64,000 nt of DNA from Nautiliaceae bacterium. Lineage in GTDB: Bacteria; Campylobacterota; Campylobacteria; Campylobacterales; Nautiliaceae. The stretch's first letter is position 1, and every line of letters begins with the position of its first letter. The stretch is taken from positions 32,001 to 96,000 of the forward strand of contig JBDONT010000043.1 in the NCBI GenBank assembly GCA_039831155.1, given 5' to 3'. Below the pieces are notes generated by a model. That model had not been told where the DNA came from. It saw nothing but the letters and a program-made list of their open reading frames with translations, and did not search any database. The position numbers were made by a program, and so were the translations under genes. Below, piece by piece: positions 53,083-62,541 of this stretch.

Positions 53083-53091
53083 GGATAAATA

Positions 53092-54117
53092 ATGGCACTT
53101 TCACCACAGCAACAGGCTATTTTAGATGAACTTTCTATGGCTGAAAAGATAGCGATTTTGCTTATACAACTCGGAGAAGATTTGACGGCTCAAATATTTT
53201 CTTATATGGATGTCGAAACAATTACCGAAATTTCAAAATATATAGCCACTGCTAAAACAATAGATAAAGCGGTGGCCGCTGCGGTTTTGGAGGAATTTTA
53301 TGTAATTTTCCAATCAAATCAATACATCTCAAGCGGTGGTTTAGAGTATGCAAAAGAGATTCTTTATAAAGCCTTAGGCCCGGAAGAGGCTAAAAAGGTT
53401 CTTGATAAACTTGCTAAATCTCTTCAAAACGAGCAGACTTTCGGATTTTTACAAAAAGTAAAACCACAGCAATTAGCGGATTTTATCGTAAACGAACACC
53501 CTCAAACCATTGCACTTATACTGGCTCATATGGACCCAAGTAGTGCGGCTGAAACGCTTAGTTATTTTCCGGATGAGGTAAGGGCTGAAGTTTTAATTAG
53601 AATGAGTAATTTAGGAGATATTTCTCCACAGGTAATTAAAAAAGTAAGTGCAATTTTAGAAACTAAGCTTGAAGCGTTAACCGGATACAAAGTAGAAATA
53701 GGTGGGGTTAGATTTGTGGCGGAAATTTTCAACAGACTTGGTCAAAAAGCGGCAAAATCGACTCTTAAATTTATAGAACAAGTAAATAACGAACTTGCCG
53801 AAGAGATTAAAGAGAAGATGTTTACGTTTGAAGATATTATTAAACTTGACAATAACGCTATAAGAGAAATTTTAAAAGAAGCCGATAAAAATCAATTAAT
53901 GATAGCCTTAAAAGGGGCTCCACCGGAGTTAAAAGAGAAATTTTTGGCAAATATGTCTCAAAGAGCGGCAGCTGCGTTTGAAGAGGAGATGCAATTTTTA
54001 GGACCGGTAAAAGTGAAAGACGTAGAAGCCGCTCAAAGAAGTATAGTGGAAATTGTTCAAAAACTTGCCGAAGAGGGTAGAGTAACTGTAGGAGCGGAGG
54101 AAGAAGTAATTGAGTAG
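53092..54117 (+). CDS. fliG: Flagellar motor switch protein FliG
   Basis: GGLEYAKEIL, EHPQTIALIL, MFTFEDI and NMSQRAA. Confidence 0.97.
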   Translation: MALSPQQQAILDELSMAEKIAILLIQLGEDLTAQIFSYMDVETITEISKYIATAKTIDKAVAAAVLEEFYVIFQSNQYISSGGLEYAKEILYKALGPEEAKKVLDKLAKSLQNEQTFGFLQKVKPQQLADFIVNEHPQTIALILAHMDPSSAAETLSYFPDEVRAEVLIRMSNLGDISPQVIKKVSAILETKLEALTGYKVEIGGVRFVAEIFNRLGQKAAKSTLKFIEQVNNELAEEIKEKMFTFEDIIKLDNNAIREILKEADKNQLMIALKGAPPELKEKFLANMSQRAAAAFEEEMQFLGPVKVKDVEAAQRSIVEIVQKLAEEGRVTVGAEEEVIE

Positions 54118-54871
54118 AATAATAAACGGTGAAGCGGTTGAACAACACATAATTACCGAATATAAGTTTAAAAGTTTTGATGAAGAGGAAAAAGTAGAAC
54201 CGACTCCAAAAGAGGAGGTTTCTACCCAAAATCCACAACCACAACAGCTTACTATACCCAAAGAAGATTCAAAATATTTAGAAACAATAGAAAAACTTCT
54301 CTCAAAGATTGAAGAGTTAAGCAACAATATAGTAAGTATTCAGACTCAATTTGAAAAGCAGCTTAACGAATGTAAAGCCCAAATAGAGATAGAAAAGAAA
54401 AAAGCGTATGAAGAAGGGTATAAAAAAGGACAAGAGGACGTAGCCAACGCTCTTTCGAATGAATTGCAAGAAAAACTTAAGCTTTTAGAACGGTCCATTA
54501 AAAAAATTGATAATATTAACGAAATTTTTGAAGAAAAAATTTTATCGATTGAAAAAGAGTTAATTTCCGTAGCACTTGATATAGCAAAAGAGGTAATTCA
54601 AAAAGAAGTGAGTGAAAACTCTCAAGAAATTGCATATAATCTTGCTAAATCGTTAATGGAAGATATAAAAGATGCTACAAAAATTAAATTGAAAGTAAAT
54701 CCAAAAGACGCAGAGTTTTTAAAAGGGAAATTTGAAAATGTTGAAATTGTAGAAGATGACGCAGTAAAAGAGGGGGGAGTTGTTGTTGTTAGTGATATAG
54801 GAAATATTGATGCTCAAATTTTAGAGCGTTTTAAAACAATCAAAGAAGCCGTATTGGAAGGAAATGAATGA
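54110..54871 (+). CDS. fliH: Flagellar assembly protein FliH
   Basis: AYEEGYKKG, VNPKD and GGVVV....GNIDA; follows fliG. Confidence 0.9.
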   Translation: MSRIINGEAVEQHIITEYKFKSFDEEEKVEPTPKEEVSTQNPQPQQLTIPKEDSKYLETIEKLLSKIEELSNNIVSIQTQFEKQLNECKAQIEIEKKKAYEEGYKKGQEDVANALSNELQEKLKLLERSIKKIDNINEIFEEKILSIEKELISVALDIAKEVIQKEVSENSQEIAYNLAKSLMEDIKDATKIKLKVNPKDAEFLKGKFENVEIVEDDAVKEGGVVVVSDIGNIDAQILERFKTIKEAVLEGNE

Positions 54872-56682
54872 TAGTAAAGGGTAAAAGTATAAAAGAACTT
54901 GTCGAGTTAGCCAAAGATATAAGAAATAGAATTTTGGAGGTTGTTTCTAAAAACGGAGGTCATTTAAGTTCAACTCTTGGAGCGGTGGAACTGATTATAG
55001 GAATGCATTATGTATTCGATTGCGAAAAGGACCCTTTTATATTTGATGTTTCTCATCAGGCTTATGCTCATAAACTTTTAACAGGAAGATGGGAAGAGTT
55101 TGATACTCTAAGACAATTTGGTGGGATAAGCGGATACACTAGGCCAAGTGAGAGTGAGTATGATTATTTTTCTGCCGGGCATTCATCAACTTCTATAAGT
55201 GTTGCGGTAGGGGCTGCTAAGGCTATAAAGCTTAAAAACGAAGATAGAATACCGGTTGTTTTAATCGGTGATGGGGCTATGAGTGCTGGTATGGTATATG
55301 AGGCGTTAAACGAGCTTGGATTTAGAAAATATCCGGTTGTTATTATTTTAAATGATAATGAAATGAGTATAGGAAAACCAATTGGTGCTATTAGTAAATA
55401 TTTGACAAGACTAAAAGCCGGAAAATTTTATCAAGGTTTTAAGGAAAAATTCAAAAAATTTTTAGACTCTGCTCCAAACGACGTTAAGTATGTAGCTAAA
55501 AAGTTTGAAGAGATGTTTAGTGTTCACGGTATTTTCTTTGAGGAGATGGGGCTTGAGTATATAGGTCCGATTGACGGGCATAATTTAGAGGAGATTATAG
55601 AAACTTTAACAATAGCAAAAGAACTGAAAAAACCGGTAATAGTGCACGCTAAAACAGTAAAAGGAAAAGGTTATAAACAAGCTGAAGGTTATTATGAGCA
55701 TTGGCACGGAGTCTCTCCTTTTGATTTAAAAACGGGAGAACCCCTAAAACCTTCAACTCTCTCTGCTACAAAAGTTTTTTCTAAAACTCTTTTTGATATT
55801 GCTAAAGATGATGAAAGAGTGGTGGGGGTTACTGCTGCTATGCCAAGTGGTACGGGAATGAAAGAGCTTATAGAGGAATTTCCGGATAGATTTTGGGATG
55901 TCGGAATTGCCGAACAGCACGCCGTAACTTCTATGGCACCTCTTGCAAAAGAAGGGTTTAAGCCGTTTGTGGCGATTTATTCTACGTTTTTGCAAAGAGG
56001 ATACGACCAAATTATTCACGATGTGTGTTTGGATAACTATCCGGTTAGGTTTGCGATTGATAGGGCCGGAATAGTAGGGGCTGACGGAGAGACTCATCAG
56101 GGTGTTTTTGATGTCGGATTTTTAAGAATTTTACCGAATATTACTATTTTTGCTCCGAGAGATTTTAAAACGTTAAAGAAAGTTGTTGAGTTTGCATATA
56201 AATTTGATAAAGGTCCTAGTGCGTTTAGATACCCTAGAGGTGCTTTTAGGTTAAAAGACGGGGTATTTGGAGCTACGGAGTTTGAGATTGGAAAAGCAGA
56301 ACTTTTAATAGATAGTGAAAATATTATGTTAATTGGGTATGGAGACGGAGTCGGAAAAGCTTATGAAGTTTTAGAAAAACTAAAACAAAAAGAAATAAAA
56401 ACAGGACTTTTGGATTTGAGGTTTGTAAAACCTTTTGACAGAGAACTTTTAAAAGCTTTAAAAGCTAAAAAATGGTACGTAATAAGTGACAATGCAAAAG
56501 AGGGTGGAATAGCCGAGATGCTTGAAGGATTTGTTAATGAAGAGGGGCTTGATGTAAGAGTAAAAAGTTTTGAATATCCGGATAAATTTATACCTCACGG
56601 AAGTGTTGAGGAAGTTGAGAAGCTTTTAGGGATTGATGTTGAGAGTATAGTAAAAGTGATTGAAAATGAAAATAGGCTATAA
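54868..56682 (+). CDS. dxs: 1-deoxy-D-xylulose-5-phosphate synthase
   Basis: GGHLSSTLG, DVSHQAYAHK, GHSSTS, GDGA...NDNEMSI, IAEQHA and DGETHQG. Confidence 0.97.
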   Translation: MIVKGKSIKELVELAKDIRNRILEVVSKNGGHLSSTLGAVELIIGMHYVFDCEKDPFIFDVSHQAYAHKLLTGRWEEFDTLRQFGGISGYTRPSESEYDYFSAGHSSTSISVAVGAAKAIKLKNEDRIPVVLIGDGAMSAGMVYEALNELGFRKYPVVIILNDNEMSIGKPIGAISKYLTRLKAGKFYQGFKEKFKKFLDSAPNDVKYVAKKFEEMFSVHGIFFEEMGLEYIGPIDGHNLEEIIETLTIAKELKKPVIVHAKTVKGKGYKQAEGYYEHWHGVSPFDLKTGEPLKPSTLSATKVFSKTLFDIAKDDERVVGVTAAMPSGTGMKELIEEFPDRFWDVGIAEQHAVTSMAPLAKEGFKPFVAIYSTFLQRGYDQIIHDVCLDNYPVRFAIDRAGIVGADGETHQGVFDVGFLRILPNITIFAPRDFKTLKKVVEFAYKFDKGPSAFRYPRGAFRLKDGVFGATEFEIGKAELLIDSENIMLIGYGDGVGKAYEVLEKLKQKEIKTGLLDLRFVKPFDRELLKALKAKKWYVISDNAKEGGIAEMLEGFVNEEGLDVRVKSFEYPDKFIPHGSVEEVEKLLGIDVESIVKVIENENRL

Positions 56683-57455
56683 AAGCGATATTCATCTTGA
56701 TTTTTGGATAGGAGGTGCAAATAATGAAAATAAAATAGAACGGTTTGTAAAAAAAATCTTATCTCCAAAAGAGATGGATGTTTTAATAATTGCCGGGGAT
56801 TTGGGGCATTATAACTATCAAAATTTTTTACTTTTAAAAGTGTTAAAAAAATGGACTAAAAAAATTTTATTTGTTTTGGGAAATCACGATTTTTATTTGG
56901 TAAGTAATTCTCAAAAAAACAGATACAAAACTTCTTTTAAGAGGATAAAAGAATTTAAAGAGATGGTTAGTTCTTTAGAAGATGTTTATTTGTTGGATGG
57001 GGAGATGATTGAAATTGGTGGGGTTAAATTTTTTGGAGCTAATAGCTGGTATGATTTCAGTGTGGCTTTAAAAAAGAGATATTCTTTAGAATATATTAGA
57101 AAAACTTGGGAAGGTATTATGAATGATGCTAAAAAAATAATTCCTAAAATAGAGCCTATTAAAAATAGCCACTCTTGAAAAAGAGAAACTAAAAAGTAGT
57201 AATAACGCAGATATAGTTTTTACTCACGTAATGCCTTTTGATTTTGAATGTTATGAGAAAGATACTGTTTTGAACAGTTTTTATTCATTTAACGGGGAAG
57301 AGTTTTTTAATGAAAACATTAAATATTGGATTTTCGGACATTGTCATTATTCTTATAATTTATATGAAAGAGAAATTCGTTTTTGAAGTTCGCCTCTAGG
57401 ATATCCAGGGAAAGGAGCTAAGTTTGAGATTAGTTATATTGATTTTAATAATTAG
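56666..57455 (+). pseudogene. Metallophosphoesterase, disrupted by a frameshift and an in-frame TGA
   Basis: The first frame carries SDIH, AGD and GNHD. After a +1 shift near the A5 run at 57161-57165 the reading continues with VFTH..P and WIFGHCH, hits TGA at 57384, then SSPLGYP to TAG at 57453-57455. Confidence 0.85.
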
Positions 57456-57795
57456 TGTTTTTATAGGATGTGAGAAAAAGATAACTTATAAAAAACACAC
57501 AGAAAAATATTATCAGGCAAACCTTTGTAAAAGACTTGGTGGAGTGATGGAGTATAGACTTAGCGATAAAACAAGAGTTGATTGTTTAACAAAAGAGTAT
57601 GCTATAGAAGTGGACTGGGCTAAAAAGTGGGCGGAAGGAATTGGGCAGAGTCTTTATTATTCTATAATGACTCATAGAAAACCGGCTGTTGCTTTGATTG
57701 TCGGGGATAAAGATAAAAGGTATATAAAAAGACTTGATAAAGTGGCAAAAAAACTTGGAATAAAAGTTTTTTTAATTGAAAAAGAGAAAAAGTAA
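57424..57795 (+). CDS. Putative lipoprotein with PD-(D/E)xK-like nuclease fold
   Basis: Hydrophobic signal ending FIGC; E-Y.L....RVDCLT..YAIEVD....WAEGIGQSLYY. Confidence 0.65.
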   Translation: MRLVILILIISVFIGCEKKITYKKHTEKYYQANLCKRLGGVMEYRLSDKTRVDCLTKEYAIEVDWAKKWAEGIGQSLYYSIMTHRKPAVALIVGDKDKRYIKRLDKVAKKLGIKVFLIEKEKK

Positions 57796-57804
57796 GGAAA
57801 AGTT

Positions 57805-58326
57805 ATGGCAAAAGCAGTTTTTGGAGGGGGATGTTTTTGGTTTTTGGATGCTGTTTTTAGAAGAGTAAAGGGAGTTAGGGATGTTGTTGTCGGATATGCA
57901 GGAGGGAGAAGAACAAACCCTAATTATGAGCAGGTCTGTACGGGTGTTACGGGTCATGCTGAAGTAGTTGAAATTGATTTTAATGAAAATGAGATAAGTT
58001 ATGATGAGCTTTTGGATATCTTTTTTGAAATACACGACCCAACTCAACTAAACAGACAAGGAAACGATGTCGGGACTCAATATCGCTCAATTATCTTATA
58101 TCTTGATGAAGCTCAAAAAGAAAAAGCCCTAAAAAAGATAGAAGAACTAAAAAACAGAGGCATAAATGTAGTAACGGAAGTTAAAAGGTTTGATAAATTT
58201 TATAAAGCGGAAGAGTATCATCAAAACTATTTCGCTAAAAATTCATATCAGCCGTATTGTGCTTATGTAGTGGCTCCTAAAGTAAATAAATTTTTAAAGA
58301 GGTTTAATGAATATTCAAAAAGTTAA
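57805..58326 (+). CDS. msrA: Peptide methionine sulfoxide reductase A
   Basis: GGGCFW, GYAGG, TGHAEVV, HDPTQLNRQGNDVGTQYRS and AEEYHQNY. Confidence 0.96.
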   Translation: MAKAVFGGGCFWFLDAVFRRVKGVRDVVVGYAGGRRTNPNYEQVCTGVTGHAEVVEIDFNENEISYDELLDIFFEIHDPTQLNRQGNDVGTQYRSIILYLDEAQKEKALKKIEELKNRGINVVTEVKRFDKFYKAEEYHQNYFAKNSYQPYCAYVVAPKVNKFLKRFNEYSKS

Positions 58327-60244
58327 AAAATTAAAAGCAGATATAACATATCTAAAAATAAATAGAGGCGTTGTTGCAGTTGATGAAGAAAACAGAGTCT
58401 ATTTTTTTGATGAAAATGAAAAGTTTGTAAAAGGGTTTAACTTTAAACTCCCTAAACATAAAAAAGAGGAAAACAGTATTGATGTAAGTTATGATAACAG
58501 ATACGTTCTTATCGCTATTCCTAGTAAAGGGTTGTATCTTTTTGATTTAAAGTTGAAAAAAAAGCAGCAGTTTAACTGGCATAAGGGGGATGTTACTTGT
58601 TGTAAATTTTTTGATGGCGGATATTTTGGAAGTGGAGGAGTGGACGGGCATATTTATCTTTATGCGTTGGATTTGCGAAAAAGAGTCGCTTCCCTTCCTA
58701 AACATAAAGATTTTGTTATGGATTTGGAGTTTATATCTTCTGAAGACACTCTAGTGGCAGGAGGATATGATAACAGTGTTATTTTTGTGGATGTTTCAAG
58801 TTTTAAACGTCACATAAGATATCCTCATTTAAAACCGACAAAAAAAGTGATGTTTAACAACTACCTCGTAACAACTTCAACATTTAGTGATATCATAAAA
58901 TGGATTGAGTATGAGGATGCTGATAGGTTTAAACTTTATAAAGAGTTTAGAGATTTTGAAATAGTGGATAATATTTTGATTATTGGAGTTGAGGGTAAAA
59001 TCGTTCTTTATGATTTGGAAAAAGAGGTGCTTTTAAATGAGGAATTTTTAAAAGTGGATGTAGAAAAAATAAGCGTTTATAAAAACTGGCTCTATTTTTC
59101 TTTTGAAGATACGATTTTTAAGGTAAATTTGCTTGAAGATGAGGATAAACTCATTTCTTTAATTGCTATGGAAAATTACAAAGAAGTTTATGAGCTTGTT
59201 TTAAAAAATCCTTTTTTAAAGAAAATCAAAGCGTATGAAGAGTTAGAAGAGATTTATAAAGAAAAAATAAAAGAAGCTATTAAGTATTTTGAGGCTTTGG
59301 AAGATGATATGGCTTTAAATGTTTTAAGACCGTTTTTAGAAGTACCTAGTTTGAAATTTGAGATAGAAAAAATAATAAACGACTTTAAAAATTTTGCAAA
59401 ATTTAAACTGGCTTATGAGAAGAAAAATTACGCTCTTTTGTATCAATTAGCTTATATGTATCCTAATTTGCAGAAAACAAAAATTTTCGAACTTGTAGAA
59501 AAAGAGTGGGAGAAAAGAGTTGATTTGGCTTTTAAATATGCGATTAAAGGCAAAATTGAAGATGCAAAAGAGGTTTTAAAGCCTTTTATGGGGGTTGCTA
59601 AAAAAATTCCTCTTATAAAAAAAATTTTACAAGAAGCCGGTAAATATAGGCTTTTAAAAGAGAAGCTTGTAAAAAGGGATTTTAAAGGTTTTTGTACTTT
59701 AATTAAAGAAAATCCGGAGTTTAAAGACACTAAAGAATATAGGATTTTAATGGAGTATGCCCAAAACTTATATAAAAAGGCACTTGAACTTTTAAAAAAA
59801 GAGGATTTTAAAAGGGTTATTAAAATAATTCATACTTTAAGGGATATTGAGAAATTTAGGGATAAAGCCGTGGAACTTGAAGAGAAGTTAAAAATTATTT
59901 TGGAATTTATAAAAGCTTTTAAAAGTGATAAAAATAGGGCTTTTGAGTTGGTTAAAAAATATCCGTTTTTAAGAGAACTTAGTGTATTTAGAGAGTATGA
60001 TAGTATTTGGAAGGATAAATTAAAGCTTGCCCAAAGAAAAGCTTTTGAGGGGAAATTAAAAGAAGCGTTGGATGAGCTTAAAGAGTATAAAGGGATTGAA
60101 GCTAAAAAGGCTAGGATTTCTTCTATGATTAAAAGTGCTTATTTAGAATATATAGACTCTTTAACAGGGGATAAAAGGCAAGAAGCTATAGAAAAATATA
60201 AGAAAAAATTCGGAGAAGACGAAGAGATTAAAAAACTCTCTTGA
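58307..60244 (+). CDS. WD40 beta-propeller plus helical-repeat protein
   Basis: WD40 units (WHKGDVTCC..SGGVDGHIYLY; HKDFVMDL..AGGYDNSVIF); four 83-84 aa helical repeats in the C-terminal half. Confidence 0.8.
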   Translation: MNIQKVKKLKADITYLKINRGVVAVDEENRVYFFDENEKFVKGFNFKLPKHKKEENSIDVSYDNRYVLIAIPSKGLYLFDLKLKKKQQFNWHKGDVTCCKFFDGGYFGSGGVDGHIYLYALDLRKRVASLPKHKDFVMDLEFISSEDTLVAGGYDNSVIFVDVSSFKRHIRYPHLKPTKKVMFNNYLVTTSTFSDIIKWIEYEDADRFKLYKEFRDFEIVDNILIIGVEGKIVLYDLEKEVLLNEEFLKVDVEKISVYKNWLYFSFEDTIFKVNLLEDEDKLISLIAMENYKEVYELVLKNPFLKKIKAYEELEEIYKEKIKEAIKYFEALEDDMALNVLRPFLEVPSLKFEIEKIINDFKNFAKFKLAYEKKNYALLYQLAYMYPNLQKTKIFELVEKEWEKRVDLAFKYAIKGKIEDAKEVLKPFMGVAKKIPLIKKILQEAGKYRLLKEKLVKRDFKGFCTLIKENPEFKDTKEYRILMEYAQNLYKKALELLKKEDFKRVIKIIHTLRDIEKFRDKAVELEEKLKIILEFIKAFKSDKNRAFELVKKYPFLRELSVFREYDSIWKDKLKLAQRKAFEGKLKEALDELKEYKGIEAKKARISSMIKSAYLEYIDSLTGDKRQEAIEKYKKKFGEDEEIKKLS

Positions 60245-60279
60245 AATTTTGTTTAAGAAAGGGTATAATTTCACTCAAT

Positions 60280-60365
60280 GCCGGCGTGGCGGAACTGGTA
60301 GACGCGTCGGACTCAAAATCCGATGAGCTCTGCTCATGTGGGTTCGAGTCCCACCGCCGGTACCA
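60280..60365 (+). tRNA. tRNA-Leu (anticodon CAA)
   Basis: GCCGGCGTGGCGGAACTGGTAGACGCGTCGGACT-CAA-AATCCGA, long variable arm, GGTTCGAGTCC, CCA end. Confidence 0.96.
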
Positions 60366-60486
60366 TTTTTAAACTACATACTTCTTCTTTTAATTAATCA
60401 TCATAAAATTTAATTTGTTGATAATTTATTTTGGAAAATCAAAACTCCTTTAGAAGATTACAGGAGGAAACAGATAAAAAAGAGTC

Positions 60487-60762
60487 TTATTTGTTTAAAG
60501 ACTCTTTTAGTTTTTTACCAGCTTTGAATTTTACAGATTTTGTTTCAGGAATTTGGATTTCTTTGTTTGTTCCCGGAACTTTTGCAACTCTTGGAGCTCT
60601 TGTTACCACTTCAAAGCTACCAAATCCGATAAAACTAACTTTTTTACCTTCTTTTAACGCTTCTTGAATAGTTTCTATTGTAGCGTCAATTACTGCACTA
60701 ACATCTTTTTTGCTAAGACCAGACTTTTCTGCAACTGCTGAAATTAATTCAGATTTTTTCAT
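60487..60762 (-). CDS. hup: DNA-binding protein HU
   Basis: MKKSELI, GFGSFEV..R..R...PGT...I.IP and KFKAGK.LK. Confidence 0.95.
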   Translation of the reverse strand: MKKSELISAVAEKSGLSKKDVSAVIDATIETIQEALKEGKKVSFIGFGSFEVVTRAPRVAKVPGTNKEIQIPETKSVKFKAGKKLKESLNK

Positions 60763-60865
60763 TTTTCCTCCTTTTTTGGCTTTGTAAAAATTTTACTCTT
60801 TTTTTGAATTAAAAATCAAGTGTTAAGGGCATTTTTTGTTATAATTTTGCAAAAAAAGGCACAAT

Positions 60866-61312
60866 ATGCAAGCTTGTGAACTACCTAGTCTTAAAAATGC
60901 TGAAAAAAAGCTTTGTGAAATTTTAAAAAACTCAAAAACAATAGTAGTAGTGGGACTTTCTCCAAAAGAGCATAGAGCTTCTAATCAAGTAGCTAAATAT
61001 ATGCAGGAAAAAGGGTATAAAATTATTCCGGTTTATCCTAGAGAAGAGACAATCCTTGGAGAAAAAGTTTACAGAAGTTTGGATGAGATTGACTTTGAAG
61101 TGGATATTGTAGATATTTTCCGTAAAAGTGAAGATACTCCGGAAATCGTTGAAAAGGCAGTAAACTTGCCGGGAGTTAAATGTATCTTTTTACAAGAGGG
61201 GGTTAAGCACGAAAAATCAAAAGAGATAGCTAAAAACGCAGGGATTTATTACGTAGAGGACAGTTGTCTTATGGTTGATTATATGAGATGTGAGAGAGAG
61301 GGTCTTGTATGA
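60866..61312 (+). CDS. CoA-binding protein (YccU-like)
   Basis: IVVVGLS, GYKIIPVYP, VDIVDIFR and LQEG. Confidence 0.9.
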   Translation: MQACELPSLKNAEKKLCEILKNSKTIVVVGLSPKEHRASNQVAKYMQEKGYKIIPVYPREETILGEKVYRSLDEIDFEVDIVDIFRKSEDTPEIVEKAVNLPGVKCIFLQEGVKHEKSKEIAKNAGIYYVEDSCLMVDYMRCEREGLV

Positions 61313-62517
61313 TACCTCTAGAATCCATAAAAAAAGCTCACGAAAATATAAGCAAAGTTATTTATAAAACACCTTTTGCATATGCACCTATTTTATCTCA
61401 AAAAGTCGGAAACGAAATATATTTAAAAAAGGAAAACTTGCAAATTACAGGGGCTTTTAAATTAAGAGGAGCTTTTAATAAAATAGCTTCTTTAACCGAT
61501 GAACAGAGAAAAAAGGGAGTAATTGCGGCAAGTGCCGGTAACCACGCTCAAGGAGTTGCTTTTAGTGCGAATTATTTTAATATTCCTTCAATTATCGTTA
61601 TGCCGGAAGCCACGCCACTTACTAAAGTAAGTGGAGTTAAAGAGTATGGAGGAGAGGTGGTACTTGCCGGGAATAATTACGATGAAGCTTATGAATACGC
61701 TATAAAACTTGCAAAAGAAAAAGAGATGGAATTTATTCACCCCTTTGCCGATTATGACGTAATGGCAGGTCAAGGGACTATTGCACTTGAAATGCTTAGT
61801 AAAGTTCCGGATTTGGATTATATTATAGTTCCGGTCGGAGGAGGAGGTTTAATTAGCGGAATTGCAAGTGCCGCAAAAGCTATTAATCCTCATATCAAAA
61901 TAGTAGGAGTTACCGCAGTCGGGGCTCCGGCTATGAGACTTAGCTTTTTAAGCGGAAGCGTGCAGGATACTACGTTTGTAAAAACAATAGCGGACGGAAT
62001 AGCGGTAAGAGATACTTCACCGGTTACTTTCAAACTTATTCAAGATCTTATAGATGATATAGTTGAGGTTGACGATGAAGAGATAGCAAATGCGATTTTG
62101 TTTTTAATGGAAAGACAAAAACTTGTGGTTGAGGGTGCGGGAGCCGTAGGAATTGCTGCACTTTTACATCATAAAATCAAATTTTCCTCTCCTAAGAAAG
62201 TAGGGGTTGTTTTAAGTGGAGGAAATATAGATGTAACTATGCTTAATTTGATTATCGAAAAAGGACTTTTAAAATCTTATAGAAAAATGAAGCTTATAGT
62301 TACGCTTGTGGATAAGCCGGGGTCTTTAATGCATTTGACGGAAATTTTATCCAAAGAAAAAGCAAACATTGTATCGATTGGATATGACAGAACGGATTTA
62401 AATTTGGCAATCGGGGATGCAAACGTAAGTATAGCCCTTGAGACAAGGGGGCTTGAACATCAGGAATCTATAAAAAGGGCTTTGCATAAAGCCGGATTTA
62501 GATTTGTAGTAGAATAG
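61309..62517 (+). CDS. ilvA: Threonine ammonia-lyase (ACT-domain type)
   Basis: KKENLQITGAFKLRGA, SAGNHAQGVA, VPVGGGGL, SGGNID and ACT DKPG. Confidence 0.93.
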   Translation: MIPLESIKKAHENISKVIYKTPFAYAPILSQKVGNEIYLKKENLQITGAFKLRGAFNKIASLTDEQRKKGVIAASAGNHAQGVAFSANYFNIPSIIVMPEATPLTKVSGVKEYGGEVVLAGNNYDEAYEYAIKLAKEKEMEFIHPFADYDVMAGQGTIALEMLSKVPDLDYIIVPVGGGGLISGIASAAKAINPHIKIVGVTAVGAPAMRLSFLSGSVQDTTFVKTIADGIAVRDTSPVTFKLIQDLIDDIVEVDDEEIANAILFLMERQKLVVEGAGAVGIAALLHHKIKFSSPKKVGVVLSGGNIDVTMLNLIIEKGLLKSYRKMKLIVTLVDKPGSLMHLTEILSKEKANIVSIGYDRTDLNLAIGDANVSIALETRGLEHQESIKRALHKAGFRFVVE

Positions 62518-62541
62518 TTTAATAAATATAAAGGAGAATTT

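Noticed and set aside
45164..56682. Flagellar fliFGH embedded among amino-acid and isoprenoid genes
   Set aside because: Known conserved Campylobacterota gene order, not unusual
57384..57420. In-frame TGA followed by a hairpin as possible selenocysteine recoding
   Set aside because: The position corresponds to a hydrophobic residue before the (N/S)PLGYP motif, the apical loop lacks the G typical of bacterial SECIS, and the gene is already frameshifted upstream
57805..57860. MsrA motif reads GCFWFLDA rather than GCFW(C/G)xEA
   Set aside because: Catalytic Cys and the other motifs are intact; likely tolerated variation
60280..60487. tRNA-Leu as an island integration site
   Set aside because: No integrase or duplicated tRNA 3' end seen; hup follows directly
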